Below are positions 16,654-26,003 of a stretch of 64,000 nt of DNA, in pieces. Positions within the stretch are counted from its first letter, which is position 1. Each line of letters begins with the position of its first letter. The stretch is from positions 254,331 through 318,330 of the forward strand of contig JACKFJ010000002.1 of assembly GCA_020632535.1 (NCBI GenBank), given 5' to 3'. The notes beneath the pieces were generated by a model that had not been told where the DNA came from, made no database searches, and worked only from the letters and a program-made list of their open reading frames with translations. Origin of the DNA: Candidatus Omnitrophota bacterium. Its GTDB lineage: Bacteria; Omnitrophota; Gorgyraeia; Zapsychrales; JANLHA01. A program made the translations under genes and the position numbers.

Positions 16654-17049
16654 ATGTTAACTAAAACCAGCAAACAAGTTATTAATGCGCTAGTTAAATT
16701 AGCTAAGCTCGAAGAGGGTGAATGGCTGGGGGTCGGTGCGATTGCGCAGCAGATCAAGGTGCCGCAGAATTATTTAGGTAAAATGTTGCAGAGCTTTGTT
16801 GTCGCGGGTCTTGTGGTGTCGCAAAAGGGATTGGGCGGGGGCTTTCGATTAGCTAAGGATCCTAAAGAAATTAGTCTTTTTGATGTTGTTGAACCTATTG
16901 AAAATGTGGATGTTTGGTCAGGATGTGCTTTAGGTTTAAAGAAGTGCTCGGATAAGAATCCATGTGCTGTCCATTTTAAGTGGAAGACGGTTAAAGAACA
17001 GTATTTAAGTTTTTTAAAAAATACAACGATAGCGAGCTTGGATAAGTAG
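16654..17049 (+). CDS. Rrf2-family transcriptional regulator with three-Cys cluster site (NsrR/IscR-like)
   Basis: wHTH N-terminus, GGFRLAKDPKEISLFDVVEPIE, Cys motif C-x6-C-x5-C (CALGLKKCSDKNPC). Confidence 0.8.
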   Translation: MLTKTSKQVINALVKLAKLEEGEWLGVGAIAQQIKVPQNYLGKMLQSFVVAGLVVSQKGLGGGFRLAKDPKEISLFDVVEPIENVDVWSGCALGLKKCSDKNPCAVHFKWKTVKEQYLSFLKNTTIASLDK

Positions 17050-17227
17050 CTTATTAAAACGAAGCTGCTTTTTGTTTTCACTATAATAGTATATTCGCAT
17101 GTCATTATTCGATTGTTAAAAGGAAAAGTGTGTACTCTGCTCCACATTGTCAGATTGGAGATTATTTTGAGTTTTTTGAATTTGTCCTTAGAGGTAAAAA
17201 GGTTTTGCGTTTAATTGTGTGTTGAAT

Positions 17228-18052
17228 ATGAAAAAAAATTTTAAATATATTTATGGTCCCGTAGAGTCTTGGCGAATGGGAAAATCCTTGGGGATTGATC
17301 CTCTTTCGGATTCAGTCAAAATTTGCAATTTGAATTGTCTTTATTGTCAGTTGGGAAAGACATCGATTTTGACACAAGAACAAAAAGAGTATGTTCCATC
17401 CGAAGAAATTATTAATGAGATTAGAGAATTCTTTCATGATGTTCAGTTGATTGATTCATCTATCACAAGGGATATTGATTATTTGACATTTTCGGGTCGA
17501 GGTGAGCCGACGCTGGCCAGCAATTTAGGAGAAATGATTCGAGGTATCCGTAAAATAAGAGATGAAAAGATAGCGGTTATTACCAATTCAACAACGTTAC
17601 ATTTGGCTGATACTCAAAGTGATTTATTGCTGGCAGATTTGGTGGTCGCCAAGTTAGACGCGTGCGATGAGTTGTCGTTTTCTCAAATTGATAAAGCGAT
17701 GGTGGGAATAAGTTTTGAAAGTGCTTTGAGAGGAATTAAAAATTTTAAAAAAAATTATCAAGGTAAGCTTGCCATCCAAATTATGTTTGTTGAAGAAAAT
17801 CGAAAGTACGCATTAAGGATTGCCGATATTGTTCGTGAAATTAATGCTGACGAAATTCAAATTAATACGCCGGTGCGACCTTCAGCAGCTCATCCCATTG
17901 ATAGAAATGGGATGCTGGCGATTAAAGAATTGTTTAATGGAATGCCTACTCTCAGTTTTTATGATAGTAGTTGCAAAGAAACTGTTCCCTACAACATAAA
18001 AGATACGATCAAACGACACGGAAATTATAAAAGTACTTTGTCGGTTTCTTAA
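17228..18052 (+). CDS. radical SAM protein of unknown function
   Basis: YGPVESWRMGKSLGIDP followed by CNLNCLYCQLG (CxxxCxxC), then GEPTL. The start could also be the GTG at 17219. Confidence 0.75.
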   Translation: MKKNFKYIYGPVESWRMGKSLGIDPLSDSVKICNLNCLYCQLGKTSILTQEQKEYVPSEEIINEIREFFHDVQLIDSSITRDIDYLTFSGRGEPTLASNLGEMIRGIRKIRDEKIAVITNSTTLHLADTQSDLLLADLVVAKLDACDELSFSQIDKAMVGISFESALRGIKNFKKNYQGKLAIQIMFVEENRKYALRIADIVREINADEIQINTPVRPSAAHPIDRNGMLAIKELFNGMPTLSFYDSSCKETVPYNIKDTIKRHGNYKSTLSVS

Positions 18053-18069
18053 CATTCTATTTGAGGAGG

Positions 18070-20184
18070 ATGATGATGCAAGCAACAAAGACGTTAACCA
18101 AAGTCATTAAAAGAAACGGCAGTGAAGAATCATTTAATCCTTCAAAGATTGCCGCGGCCATTCGTAAAGCCGGCGAGGCGACAGCAGAATTTGATAGTTT
18201 GGTTTCTGACAAGCTCACTATGCGTGTGCTTAATCTTTTGCATCAGCTCGATAAGGAAAGTCAACCTACGGTTGAAGAAATTCAAGACATTGTTGAAGAA
18301 GTTTTGCTGACCTCACCTTATCGAAAAACAGCCAAAGCATATATTCTTTATCGTCAACAGCATTCGCAGATCCGTGAAATCGCCGACAAATTTAATACAG
18401 ATTTGGTGTCGCGATATTTGAATAAAGAGGATTGGAAGGTTAGCGAGAACAGCAATATGGCTTTTTCCCTACAGGGTTTAAATCACTATATCTCCTCGGA
18501 GGTTAGTCAAACTTATTGGTTAAATAAAGTTTATCCGCAAGAAATAAGAGAAGCGCATTTAAAGGGCGATTTCCATATTCATGATTTGGGGCTTGTTAGT
18601 GTTTATTGCGTTGGGTGGGATTTGCAGGATTTATTATTGGAAGGTTTTAAGGGTGTTTCCGGAAAAATGGAATCCGCTCCGGCCAAACATTTGCGCAGTG
18701 CCTTGGGGCAAATTATCAATTTCTTTTATACTCTTCAGGGAGAGGCCGCAGGAGCACAGGCTTTTTCTAATTTTGATACGTTGTTGGCCCCATTTATTCG
18801 CTATGACGGTTTAACTTATATTGAAGTTAAGCAGGCACTGCAGGAGTTTGTTTTTAATGTCAATGTCCCGACGCGCGTTGGGTTTCAAACGCCTTTTACA
18901 AATGTTACGATGGATTTAAAGCCACCGTCTTATTATTTGGATCAGGGCGTCGTTGTTGGAGGAAAGATTCAGAGTGAAACGTACAAAGAATTTCAAGCGG
19001 AACAGGATATTTTTAATAAAGCCTTTTTGGAAGTGATGTTGGAAGGTGATGCTAAGGGTCGTGTTTTTACCTTTCCAATACCAACTTATAATGTAACAAA
19101 AGATTTTGAATGGGATAATCCGAACCTAGATCTTTTATGGGAAATGACAGCAAAGTACGGGATTCCCTATTTTTCAAATTTTATTAATTCTGATATGAAT
19201 CCCGACGACGCAAGGAGCATGTGTTGCCGTTTGCGTCTGGACAATAGGGAATTGCGTAGTCGTGGGGGCGGATTGTTTGGAGCTACTCCTTTGACAGGAT
19301 CGATAGGAGTTGTGACGATTAATATGCCCAGAATTGCTTGTCTATCTCAAACAAAAGAGGAGTTTTATCAGCGATTAGAGCGACAAATGTTGTTAGCTAA
19401 AGAAAGCTTAGAGATTAAAAGAAAAATACTTGAAAAATTTACAGAGCAGGATCTTTACCCGTATATAAAGTTTTACTTACGTAAAATTAAACAACGCTTT
19501 GATCAATATTGGAAAAATCATTTTGCTACCATTGGCCTCTTGGGGATGAATGAAGCCTGTTTAAATTTGATAGGGGAGGATATCGCTTCCGCCAAAGGTC
19601 ATGACTTTGCGGTTCAGGTTTTAGATTTTATGAGAGAGAAATTGTTGAAGTTTCAGGAGGAGACAGGAAATATTTATAATCTTGAAGCAACACCGGCGGA
19701 AGGATGCTCGTATCGTTTAGCTAAAAAAGATAAGGCCAATTACCCTGCGATTATATGTGCGAATGAAGCGGAATATACGCAAGGACATGAGCCATTTTAT
19801 ACCAATTCAACACATCTTCCGGTTGGTTATTCTGACGATATTTTTGAAGTTTTAGAATTGCAAGATGGGCTACAGACAAAGTATACGGGAGGAACGGTTC
19901 TCCACGGCTTTGTTGGTGAGAAGATTCATAATATTGAAGGGCTTAAACAGTTGGTTAAAATTATTTGTCAAAAGTTCCGGCTGCCTTATTTTACCATTAC
20001 TCCGACTTTTAGTGTTTGTCCGAATTGTGGTTATCGAGCGGGAGAACATCCTTTGTGTGACAAATGTCAGACGGGATGTGAAATTTATTCACGGGTTGTC
20101 GGATATCTTCGTCCTGTTCAGCAATGGAATAAGGGGAAGAAGGAAGAATTTAAAGAACGGCAAACATACAAAATATGCGCATAG
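18070..20184 (+). CDS. nrdD: anaerobic ribonucleoside-triphosphate reductase (class III)
   Basis: N-terminal ATP-cone (VIKRNGSEESFNPSKI), C-terminal Zn ribbon CPNCGY...CDKC, glycyl-radical motif RVVGYLRP. GAGGAGG precedes three consecutive ATGs (18070/18073/18076). Confidence 0.92.
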   Translation: MMMQATKTLTKVIKRNGSEESFNPSKIAAAIRKAGEATAEFDSLVSDKLTMRVLNLLHQLDKESQPTVEEIQDIVEEVLLTSPYRKTAKAYILYRQQHSQIREIADKFNTDLVSRYLNKEDWKVSENSNMAFSLQGLNHYISSEVSQTYWLNKVYPQEIREAHLKGDFHIHDLGLVSVYCVGWDLQDLLLEGFKGVSGKMESAPAKHLRSALGQIINFFYTLQGEAAGAQAFSNFDTLLAPFIRYDGLTYIEVKQALQEFVFNVNVPTRVGFQTPFTNVTMDLKPPSYYLDQGVVVGGKIQSETYKEFQAEQDIFNKAFLEVMLEGDAKGRVFTFPIPTYNVTKDFEWDNPNLDLLWEMTAKYGIPYFSNFINSDMNPDDARSMCCRLRLDNRELRSRGGGLFGATPLTGSIGVVTINMPRIACLSQTKEEFYQRLERQMLLAKESLEIKRKILEKFTEQDLYPYIKFYLRKIKQRFDQYWKNHFATIGLLGMNEACLNLIGEDIASAKGHDFAVQVLDFMREKLLKFQEETGNIYNLEATPAEGCSYRLAKKDKANYPAIICANEAEYTQGHEPFYTNSTHLPVGYSDDIFEVLELQDGLQTKYTGGTVLHGFVGEKIHNIEGLKQLVKIICQKFRLPYFTITPTFSVCPNCGYRAGEHPLCDKCQTGCEIYSRVVGYLRPVQQWNKGKKEEFKERQTYKICA

Positions 20185-20873
20185 GAGGGCTGCAGGAATT
20201 TTCCTTAATTGATTATCCCGGGAAAGTCGCGTGTATTGTTTTTACTCAAGGATGTAATTTCCGATGTGGGTATTGTCACAATCCGGAATTGGTTATTCCA
20301 AGTCAATTTTCGCAGACAATTCCAGAGGAGCAGGTGTTTAATTTCCTACAAAATCGTCAGAAATATTTGCAGGGTGTTGTCGTGTCGGGGGGTGAACCGA
20401 CTTTGCAAAAGGACTTGGCAGTCTTTTTGGGTAAAATAAAACGATTGGGCTATTTGATTAAGCTTGATACCAACGGAAGTTATCCGGATCGACTAGAACA
20501 ATTGATTCATTTAAAGCTCGTCGATTATATTGCAATGGATGTTAAAACATCTTTAGGTCGTTACCAAGAAATGGTTGGTGTTCAGGTTGACGTAGAAAAA
20601 ATCAAGGCAAGTATTGATCTGATTATTCACTCAGGACTTCAACATGAGTTTCGCACAACAGTCGTAAAGCCTTTTTGTTCGTATGATGATTTGTCTAAAG
20701 TTCGGGATATGACTCAAGGATCGCAGCGGCATCGATTACAGAAGATAAGGCTGGATGATAAGCTTTTGGACAAAAGAATATTAACACAAAGTCAATATTC
20801 AGAATGTGAGTTTAGTCACCTTGAGCATATTTTTCAAATGAATCAGTCACATGAAAGAGAGGAATTATTATGA
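20175..20873 (+). CDS. nrdG: anaerobic ribonucleotide reductase activating protein (radical SAM)
   Basis: GCNFRCGYCHNPE, VVVSGGEPTLQ; 10-nt overlap with nrdD. Confidence 0.88.
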   Translation: MRIGGLQEFSLIDYPGKVACIVFTQGCNFRCGYCHNPELVIPSQFSQTIPEEQVFNFLQNRQKYLQGVVVSGGEPTLQKDLAVFLGKIKRLGYLIKLDTNGSYPDRLEQLIHLKLVDYIAMDVKTSLGRYQEMVGVQVDVEKIKASIDLIIHSGLQHEFRTTVVKPFCSYDDLSKVRDMTQGSQRHRLQKIRLDDKLLDKRILTQSQYSECEFSHLEHIFQMNQSHEREELL

Positions 20874-22006
20874 AAAGAGTCCTGCTCGTCGGGCTGTTTG
20901 TTGTTGGAATTACAACGATATCTTTTGCCGAGGCGCGTCAAACTTTGAATTTGCCAAAATTAAAAGAGAAAGCTGTTTTGACCTTTGCCCCGGAGGTGCC
21001 GCCACCTCTTACGCGCAAACAACCTGCCTTGGTTGTTGTGAATTTGCATTCCGGTAGAAAAGTTATTGAAATCAAGCCGGGTGTTAAATATGAATATTGG
21101 ACATTTAATGAAGGAGTTCCGGGTCCTTTCATTAGGGTCCGAGAAGGAGATACGATCGAAGTACATCATACCAGTTCCGATGAAATGGGAATGCCGCATA
21201 ATATTGATTTTCATGCGGTCACGGGCCCCGGAGGTGGCGCTCCTGTTACGACGGTGGTTAAGGGGGAAGAACGCATTGCTTGGTTTAAAATGTTAGAACC
21301 GGGTTTATATATTTATCATTGCGCTGCTCCACCTGTTATGGATCATATTGCAAATGGAATGTATGGGCTTATTTTAGTTGAACCGAAAAAGGGGTTGCCA
21401 AAAGTTGATCGGGAATATTATGTCATGCAACATGAAGTGTACGCTGTTAATCCCGCCGCGGTTAAAATCAACGCGCCGGATGTTATGAAAGGTCATAATA
21501 TGGCGGAAGAAAAGGAAGATGATCTTTGGGGCGATGAAGTTGGAGAAGAGGCAGGGCCAGTAATGTTGCAATACTCACATCAGAATGGGTTAGATGAACA
21601 TCCGATGTTTGTGCTGTTTAATGGCACCGTGGGATCTTTGATGAAAGATGGATCATTAAAGGCGAAAGTCGGAGAAAGAATTCGTGTTTATTTTGGTAAC
21701 ATTGGGCCTAATCTTATTTCTTCTTTTCATATTATTGGAACGATTTTTAAAAATGTTTATCGGGAGGGTGATTTGATTAGTCCGCCTGCTCGTTCTGTAC
21801 AAACAACCTTGGTCCCAGCTGGTGGGGCGACAGTCGTTGACATTGATTTGTCGGTACCGGGGACATTTACTCTTGTAGATCACGCGATCTTTCGTATTGA
21901 GAAAGGGGCTGTGGGGTATCTCGAGGTGGAAGGTAAACCCAATTATGACATTTATGCTTCAGACCAAGATCCGGTTTTCTGCCCGGGGTGCTTGGTTCAT
22001 CCATAA
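20870..22006 (+). CDS. nirK: copper-containing nitrite reductase
   Basis: Sec signal peptide. MPHNIDFHAVTGPGGGA (T1/T2 Cu His), YIYHCAAPPVMDHIANGMYG (His-Cys, C-x8-H-x4-M). ATGA overlap with nrdG. Confidence 0.9.
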   Translation: MKRVLLVGLFVVGITTISFAEARQTLNLPKLKEKAVLTFAPEVPPPLTRKQPALVVVNLHSGRKVIEIKPGVKYEYWTFNEGVPGPFIRVREGDTIEVHHTSSDEMGMPHNIDFHAVTGPGGGAPVTTVVKGEERIAWFKMLEPGLYIYHCAAPPVMDHIANGMYGLILVEPKKGLPKVDREYYVMQHEVYAVNPAAVKINAPDVMKGHNMAEEKEDDLWGDEVGEEAGPVMLQYSHQNGLDEHPMFVLFNGTVGSLMKDGSLKAKVGERIRVYFGNIGPNLISSFHIIGTIFKNVYREGDLISPPARSVQTTLVPAGGATVVDIDLSVPGTFTLVDHAIFRIEKGAVGYLEVEGKPNYDIYASDQDPVFCPGCLVHP

Positions 22007-22020
22007 TGTAGGAGTATGAC

Positions 22021-22206
22021 ATGATAAAGGTGACAGCATTACAAGAATTACTTAAGTCCGACGAGACCGAATTAAAAAAGCTCGATATTGAACAATTGCG
22101 TGTCGCGTTGGGAACTTTTCGTTATTTTGCTAGAGTATTAGAAAGAGAAATTAATCGAAGGTGTGTCAGTCGGCCTTTCGGGAATATTGAAGAAAACAAA
22201 GAATAA
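22021..22206 (+). CDS. hypothetical protein (61 aa)
   Basis: ORF packed between nirK and nrdB on the same strand. No recognisable motif. Confidence 0.35.
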   Translation: MIKVTALQELLKSDETELKKLDIEQLRVALGTFRYFARVLEREINRRCVSRPFGNIEENKE

Positions 22207-22231
22207 TTAATAAGGAATGAGGAGTTTGGAT

Positions 22232-23278
22232 ATGGCGATATCGAAAATACAAATGACCAAAGAAAGAATCACCGCAGATAATAAGCGGATTCTCAATAAT
22301 GGTCGGATGGTTGATTGCAATCAATTAGTTCCTATTAAATATCAATGGGCGTGGAATTATTATTTAGATGGCTGCGCAAATCATTGGATGCCGACCGAAG
22401 TTCCGATGCAGCGCGATATTGAGCAGTGGAAAAATCCGGATGCGTTTACGGTGGATGAGAGACATCTTATTAAGCGTGTTTTAGGATTTTTTGCTACAGC
22501 GGAGTCTTTGGTTGGGAACAACCTTGTTTTGGCGGTTTATCGATGTATTGATAATCCGGAGTGTCGACAATATCTCTTGCGACAATCTTTTGAAGAAGCC
22601 ATTCATATTCACGCTTTTCAATACATTGTTCAGTCCTTATCTTTAGATGAAGGTGAAATGTTTAATATGTATCGGGAAGTGGAAGCTATTTATAACAAAG
22701 ATGAATACGCTATGAGTTGTACCAACAGTGTTCTTGATCCAAGCCTTGATACAAACACGAAGGAAGGCTTGCAGACACTATTAAAGAATATGGTTGGATT
22801 ATATGTTATTACTGAAGGAATTTTCTTTTATGGGGGATTTGTAACCATGCTTTCCTTTGGTCGTCAGAATCGGCTTCCCGGGACATGTGAACAAATTCAA
22901 TATATTCTTCGTGATGAGAGTATTCATATGAATTTCGGAATTGAATTGATAAACGCCATCAGAGATGAAAATCCTGGGGCATGGGATAAGGATTTTGAGC
23001 AGGAGATTATAAAGTTTATTATTAACGCGGTTGAATTAGAATGTGCGTATTGTAAAGAATGTTTGCCGCAGGGTGTTTTGGGATTAAACACGAATTTGTT
23101 GCGAGAATATGTCCAATATCTTGCGGATCGTCGATTCGAAAGATTGCGCTTACCTAAACAATATGGTTCTAACAATCCTTTTCCATGGATGAGCGAAGTC
23201 ATTGATTTAAAAAAGGAAAAAAACTTTTTTGAAACACGTGTGACGGAGTATCAGACTGGAGGGGCATTAGAGTGGTAA
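22232..23278 (+). CDS. nrdB: ribonucleotide reductase small subunit, class Ic-like (Phe at the radical-Tyr position)
   Basis: [61 protein letters not shown]-terminal [14 protein letters not shown] at 22232 follows GAGGAG; ATG at 22217 is also possible. Confidence 0.88.
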   Translation: MAISKIQMTKERITADNKRILNNGRMVDCNQLVPIKYQWAWNYYLDGCANHWMPTEVPMQRDIEQWKNPDAFTVDERHLIKRVLGFFATAESLVGNNLVLAVYRCIDNPECRQYLLRQSFEEAIHIHAFQYIVQSLSLDEGEMFNMYREVEAIYNKDEYAMSCTNSVLDPSLDTNTKEGLQTLLKNMVGLYVITEGIFFYGGFVTMLSFGRQNRLPGTCEQIQYILRDESIHMNFGIELINAIRDENPGAWDKDFEQEIIKFIINAVELECAYCKECLPQGVLGLNTNLLREYVQYLADRRFERLRLPKQYGSNNPFPWMSEVIDLKKEKNFFETRVTEYQTGGALEW

Positions 23279-23293
23279 GGAAGGTCTGCCGGG

Positions 23294-23587
23294 ATGAAGC
23301 CTGATATTAAAACAGCCATGCAGCATTTGATAAAGGAAGCTCGAGCAAAGATCCCGTTTAATCTTTCTTTTAGCGGTCATTGTGAGGGGCGTTGTGATGA
23401 GTGCCCAGAAAAATTGATCGAAGTTTTGGATATTGATTTATCTGATTGGGATTTGCGTTTGAAACGTGGGTATGATGTAAAGTCAGAGGATCTCTACAAG
23501 TTGGCTAGAGAGTGTAAGGAGATTTACGCTATTTTACAGGATAAAGGATTTGTAAAAAAAGAAGAAAGCGGCGGTAGGGATTTGTAA
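23294..23587 (+). CDS. hypothetical Cys-motif protein (97 aa)
   Basis: CEGRCDECPEK (C-x3-C-x2-C). Same strand, 15 nt after nrdB and 16 nt before nnrS. Confidence 0.4.
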   Translation: MKPDIKTAMQHLIKEARAKIPFNLSFSGHCEGRCDECPEKLIEVLDIDLSDWDLRLKRGYDVKSEDLYKLARECKEIYAILQDKGFVKKEESGGRDL

Positions 23588-23603
23588 AAATGGAAAGGTT
23601 ACT

Positions 23604-24785
23604 ATGGTTTTATTAAAACAAAATTGTCCGGTAATTTTACAAACAGGTTTTCGTATATTTTTTTTGGGGGCGGCGGTTTATGCAGTTGTGTCGATGATTT
23701 TTTGGAAGATTTTTTATGTGATGGGCAAGAATATTTTTGTAGCTATGCCTTTGACGGTGTGGCATGGGCATGAGATGGTGTTTGGATTTACAATGGCGGT
23801 TATAGCTGGTTTTTTATTGACCGCGGTTATGAATTGGACTGGGATTCAAACATTAAGCGGAGCACCCTTGTTGGCATTATTTTTATTGTGGGCTAGCGCG
23901 CGTGTTTTGGCATTTATGCCAGCGTCATTTCCGGTGTGGCCTATGGCATTTTGTGATACGGCTTTTATTGTTTTTCTTTCCATTGCTATTATGAAACCCA
24001 TCATTGCGACCAAACAATGGAAACAATCGGCTGTTTTTTCAAAACTTCTTTTGCTTCTTGTTGCCGGCATTATTTTTTATATTGGTTTATTGCAGTCGGA
24101 TCTCATTGTCGAGCGGAAGGCTCTTCGCTTTGCAATTTATATGATACTTAGCTTGGTTTTGACTATTAGTCGTAGAATTTTGCCATTTTTTATTGAAAAA
24201 GGTGTCGGATACTCTGTGAATCTACGCAATAATTTTACTATCGACATGTCCAGCCTTGTTTTGCTTATTGCTTTTTCTATAATTGATGTGTTTTGGCCAC
24301 AGCGGATTATTGTTGCGATATTGAGTTTGTCATTATTTTTTATTCATGCTTGGCGACTTAGCGGATGGTATACATCAGGTATTTGGAAAAAACCACTTTT
24401 ATGGATATTGTTTATTGGATATGGATTTATTATCGTTGGGTTTTTGTTAAAGGCCATGGCGGCATTAGGTCAGCGTCCCGATGATTCGGCAATGCATGCT
24501 TTTACAGCTGGCGGTATTGGAGTTTTTATTATTGGAATGATGGCAAGGGTTTCGTGGGGACACACCGGACGTAATATTGCGGAAGCGCCTTCTCAGCTTC
24601 CGTTGATTTTTATACCAGTTGTAATTGGTGCATGTATTCGTGTTTTTTTCCCAATTTTTAATGAGTCGAGCTATATCTTATGGATAGCGCTTAGTCAAAT
24701 TCTTTGGATTGTTGGGTTTTCACTTTACATTTATTATTATTATAAAGTTTTAGCATTTGCTCGTGTGGATGGGAAATGGGGATAG
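23604..24785 (+). CDS. nnrS: NnrS-family membrane protein (NO-stress associated)
   Basis: FRIFFLGAA..., WHGHEMVFGFTMAVIAGFLLTAVMNWTG signature, about 12 TM helices. Confidence 0.85.
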   Translation: MVLLKQNCPVILQTGFRIFFLGAAVYAVVSMIFWKIFYVMGKNIFVAMPLTVWHGHEMVFGFTMAVIAGFLLTAVMNWTGIQTLSGAPLLALFLLWASARVLAFMPASFPVWPMAFCDTAFIVFLSIAIMKPIIATKQWKQSAVFSKLLLLLVAGIIFYIGLLQSDLIVERKALRFAIYMILSLVLTISRRILPFFIEKGVGYSVNLRNNFTIDMSSLVLLIAFSIIDVFWPQRIIVAILSLSLFFIHAWRLSGWYTSGIWKKPLLWILFIGYGFIIVGFLLKAMAALGQRPDDSAMHAFTAGGIGVFIIGMMARVSWGHTGRNIAEAPSQLPLIFIPVVIGACIRVFFPIFNESSYILWIALSQILWIVGFSLYIYYYYKVLAFARVDGKWG

Positions 24786-24836
24786 CATAAAAATCAGCGT
24801 CACTGGACCCTGCACGGTATCTTTTTACGCATTTTC

Positions 24837-24865
24837 TTGCATAAGAGATTTTTAAAATATAGTAT
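24837..24865 (+). promoter_or_regulatory. candidate promoter of the Mo-enzyme operon
   Basis: TTGCAT (24837-24842), 17-nt spacer, TAGTAT (24860-24865). TTTTACGCAT at 24822-24831 resembles the decamers at 33150-33180. Confidence 0.4.
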
Positions 24866-24932
24866 AAAGACGATTGATTAGCTGTTTTAGTAAAAACATG
24901 TCGTTATTTTTGAAAGAATAGAGAGTGGTCAA

Positions 24933-25985
24933 ATGTTTATGAAGCTGCATAAAGAAGGTGTGTTGCGTGGGTTAGGAGGAGTTGCGCTTCTTTCGGTGTT
25001 GATTGTTGTTGGTTCACGTAAACTGGTTTATTTTGACGCCGCTTTAATTCCCTATTTGATTGCCACGATATTCGCAATTTTTGGAAGCATTTACCGTTAT
25101 TCAGTTTGGCTGTCACGTCCACCAACGAATATTTTGTGGAAGCGCAGTTTAAAGTTGATATTTAGTAAATATTTTTTCGCGAATGCCGGATTGGTGATCA
25201 AGGCTTTCTTTGAAAATATGCTTTTACAAAAATTTATTGGTCGTCGCAGTCCATATCGTTGGATTATGCATTTTCTTTTAGCTTGGGGATGTGTGTTGGG
25301 TTTTGCGGTCACATTTCCATTGGTATTTGGATGGTTGCATTTTTCTAATCCTCCGGGCCATGAACATATGTATCAGCTTTACATCTTTGGTTTTCCCGCA
25401 ATGATTTTTGATCCTTATGGTTTTATTGGTTATGCTTTTTTTAACATGCTTAATCTTTGCTCAATTATGATCATTATTGGCACGGTCATGGCCTTTTCTC
25501 GTCGTCTGATGCACCCGGGCGACATTACTACTCAATCGTTTGCACATGATTTGCTTCCGCTTTTGATTTTATTTGGTGTTGCAGTTTCTGGACTTTTCTT
25601 GACTTTCAGCACACATTATCTTGGAGGACATCAGTATCGCATTTTATCAACAATTCATTGTTGGACAGTCGTCGCCTTTTTGGTTTATTTACCATTTGGT
25701 AAGTTTTTTCATATTTTTCAACGAGCTTCGCAGATGGGGGCGGAACTTTATATTCATGAGAAACAGGAAGGACAGCTTGCTATTTGTCCCAAAACGGGTG
25801 AAGGATTTACTAGTCAGGTTCAGAAGGATGATGTTAAAAGTATTTTGCGTGAGTTGGGTTTTGAGTTTGAAGTTGCGCATGAAAAGTTTTCTGTTCAGGA
25901 TTTGAGTCCGCAAGCTCGACGGCAACTATTGATGACCACGCAGCACAAACGATTAAAGGGAAAATTTGATATTGTTAGAGAGTAA
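24933..25985 (+). CDS. polytopic membrane protein, NarI/DsrM/HdrE-like putative b-type cytochrome quinol dehydrogenase
   Basis: About 7 hydrophobic helices with conserved-looking His (RWIMHFLL, FAHDLLP, IHCWTVV). C-terminal LPFGKFFHIFQR motif is typical of NarI-type subunits. Soluble tail of about 80 aa. Confidence 0.45.
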   Translation: MFMKLHKEGVLRGLGGVALLSVLIVVGSRKLVYFDAALIPYLIATIFAIFGSIYRYSVWLSRPPTNILWKRSLKLIFSKYFFANAGLVIKAFFENMLLQKFIGRRSPYRWIMHFLLAWGCVLGFAVTFPLVFGWLHFSNPPGHEHMYQLYIFGFPAMIFDPYGFIGYAFFNMLNLCSIMIIIGTVMAFSRRLMHPGDITTQSFAHDLLPLLILFGVAVSGLFLTFSTHYLGGHQYRILSTIHCWTVVAFLVYLPFGKFFHIFQRASQMGAELYIHEKQEGQLAICPKTGEGFTSQVQKDDVKSILRELGFEFEVAHEKFSVQDLSPQARRQLLMTTQHKRLKGKFDIVRE

Positions 25986-26003
25986 GGAATATGGAGAAAT
26001 ATT

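Noticed and set aside
24866-24932. Possible Moco riboswitch in the leader of the Mo-enzyme operon
   Set aside because: The leader is only about 65 nt and shows none of the conserved Moco-motif stems or sequences that I recall.
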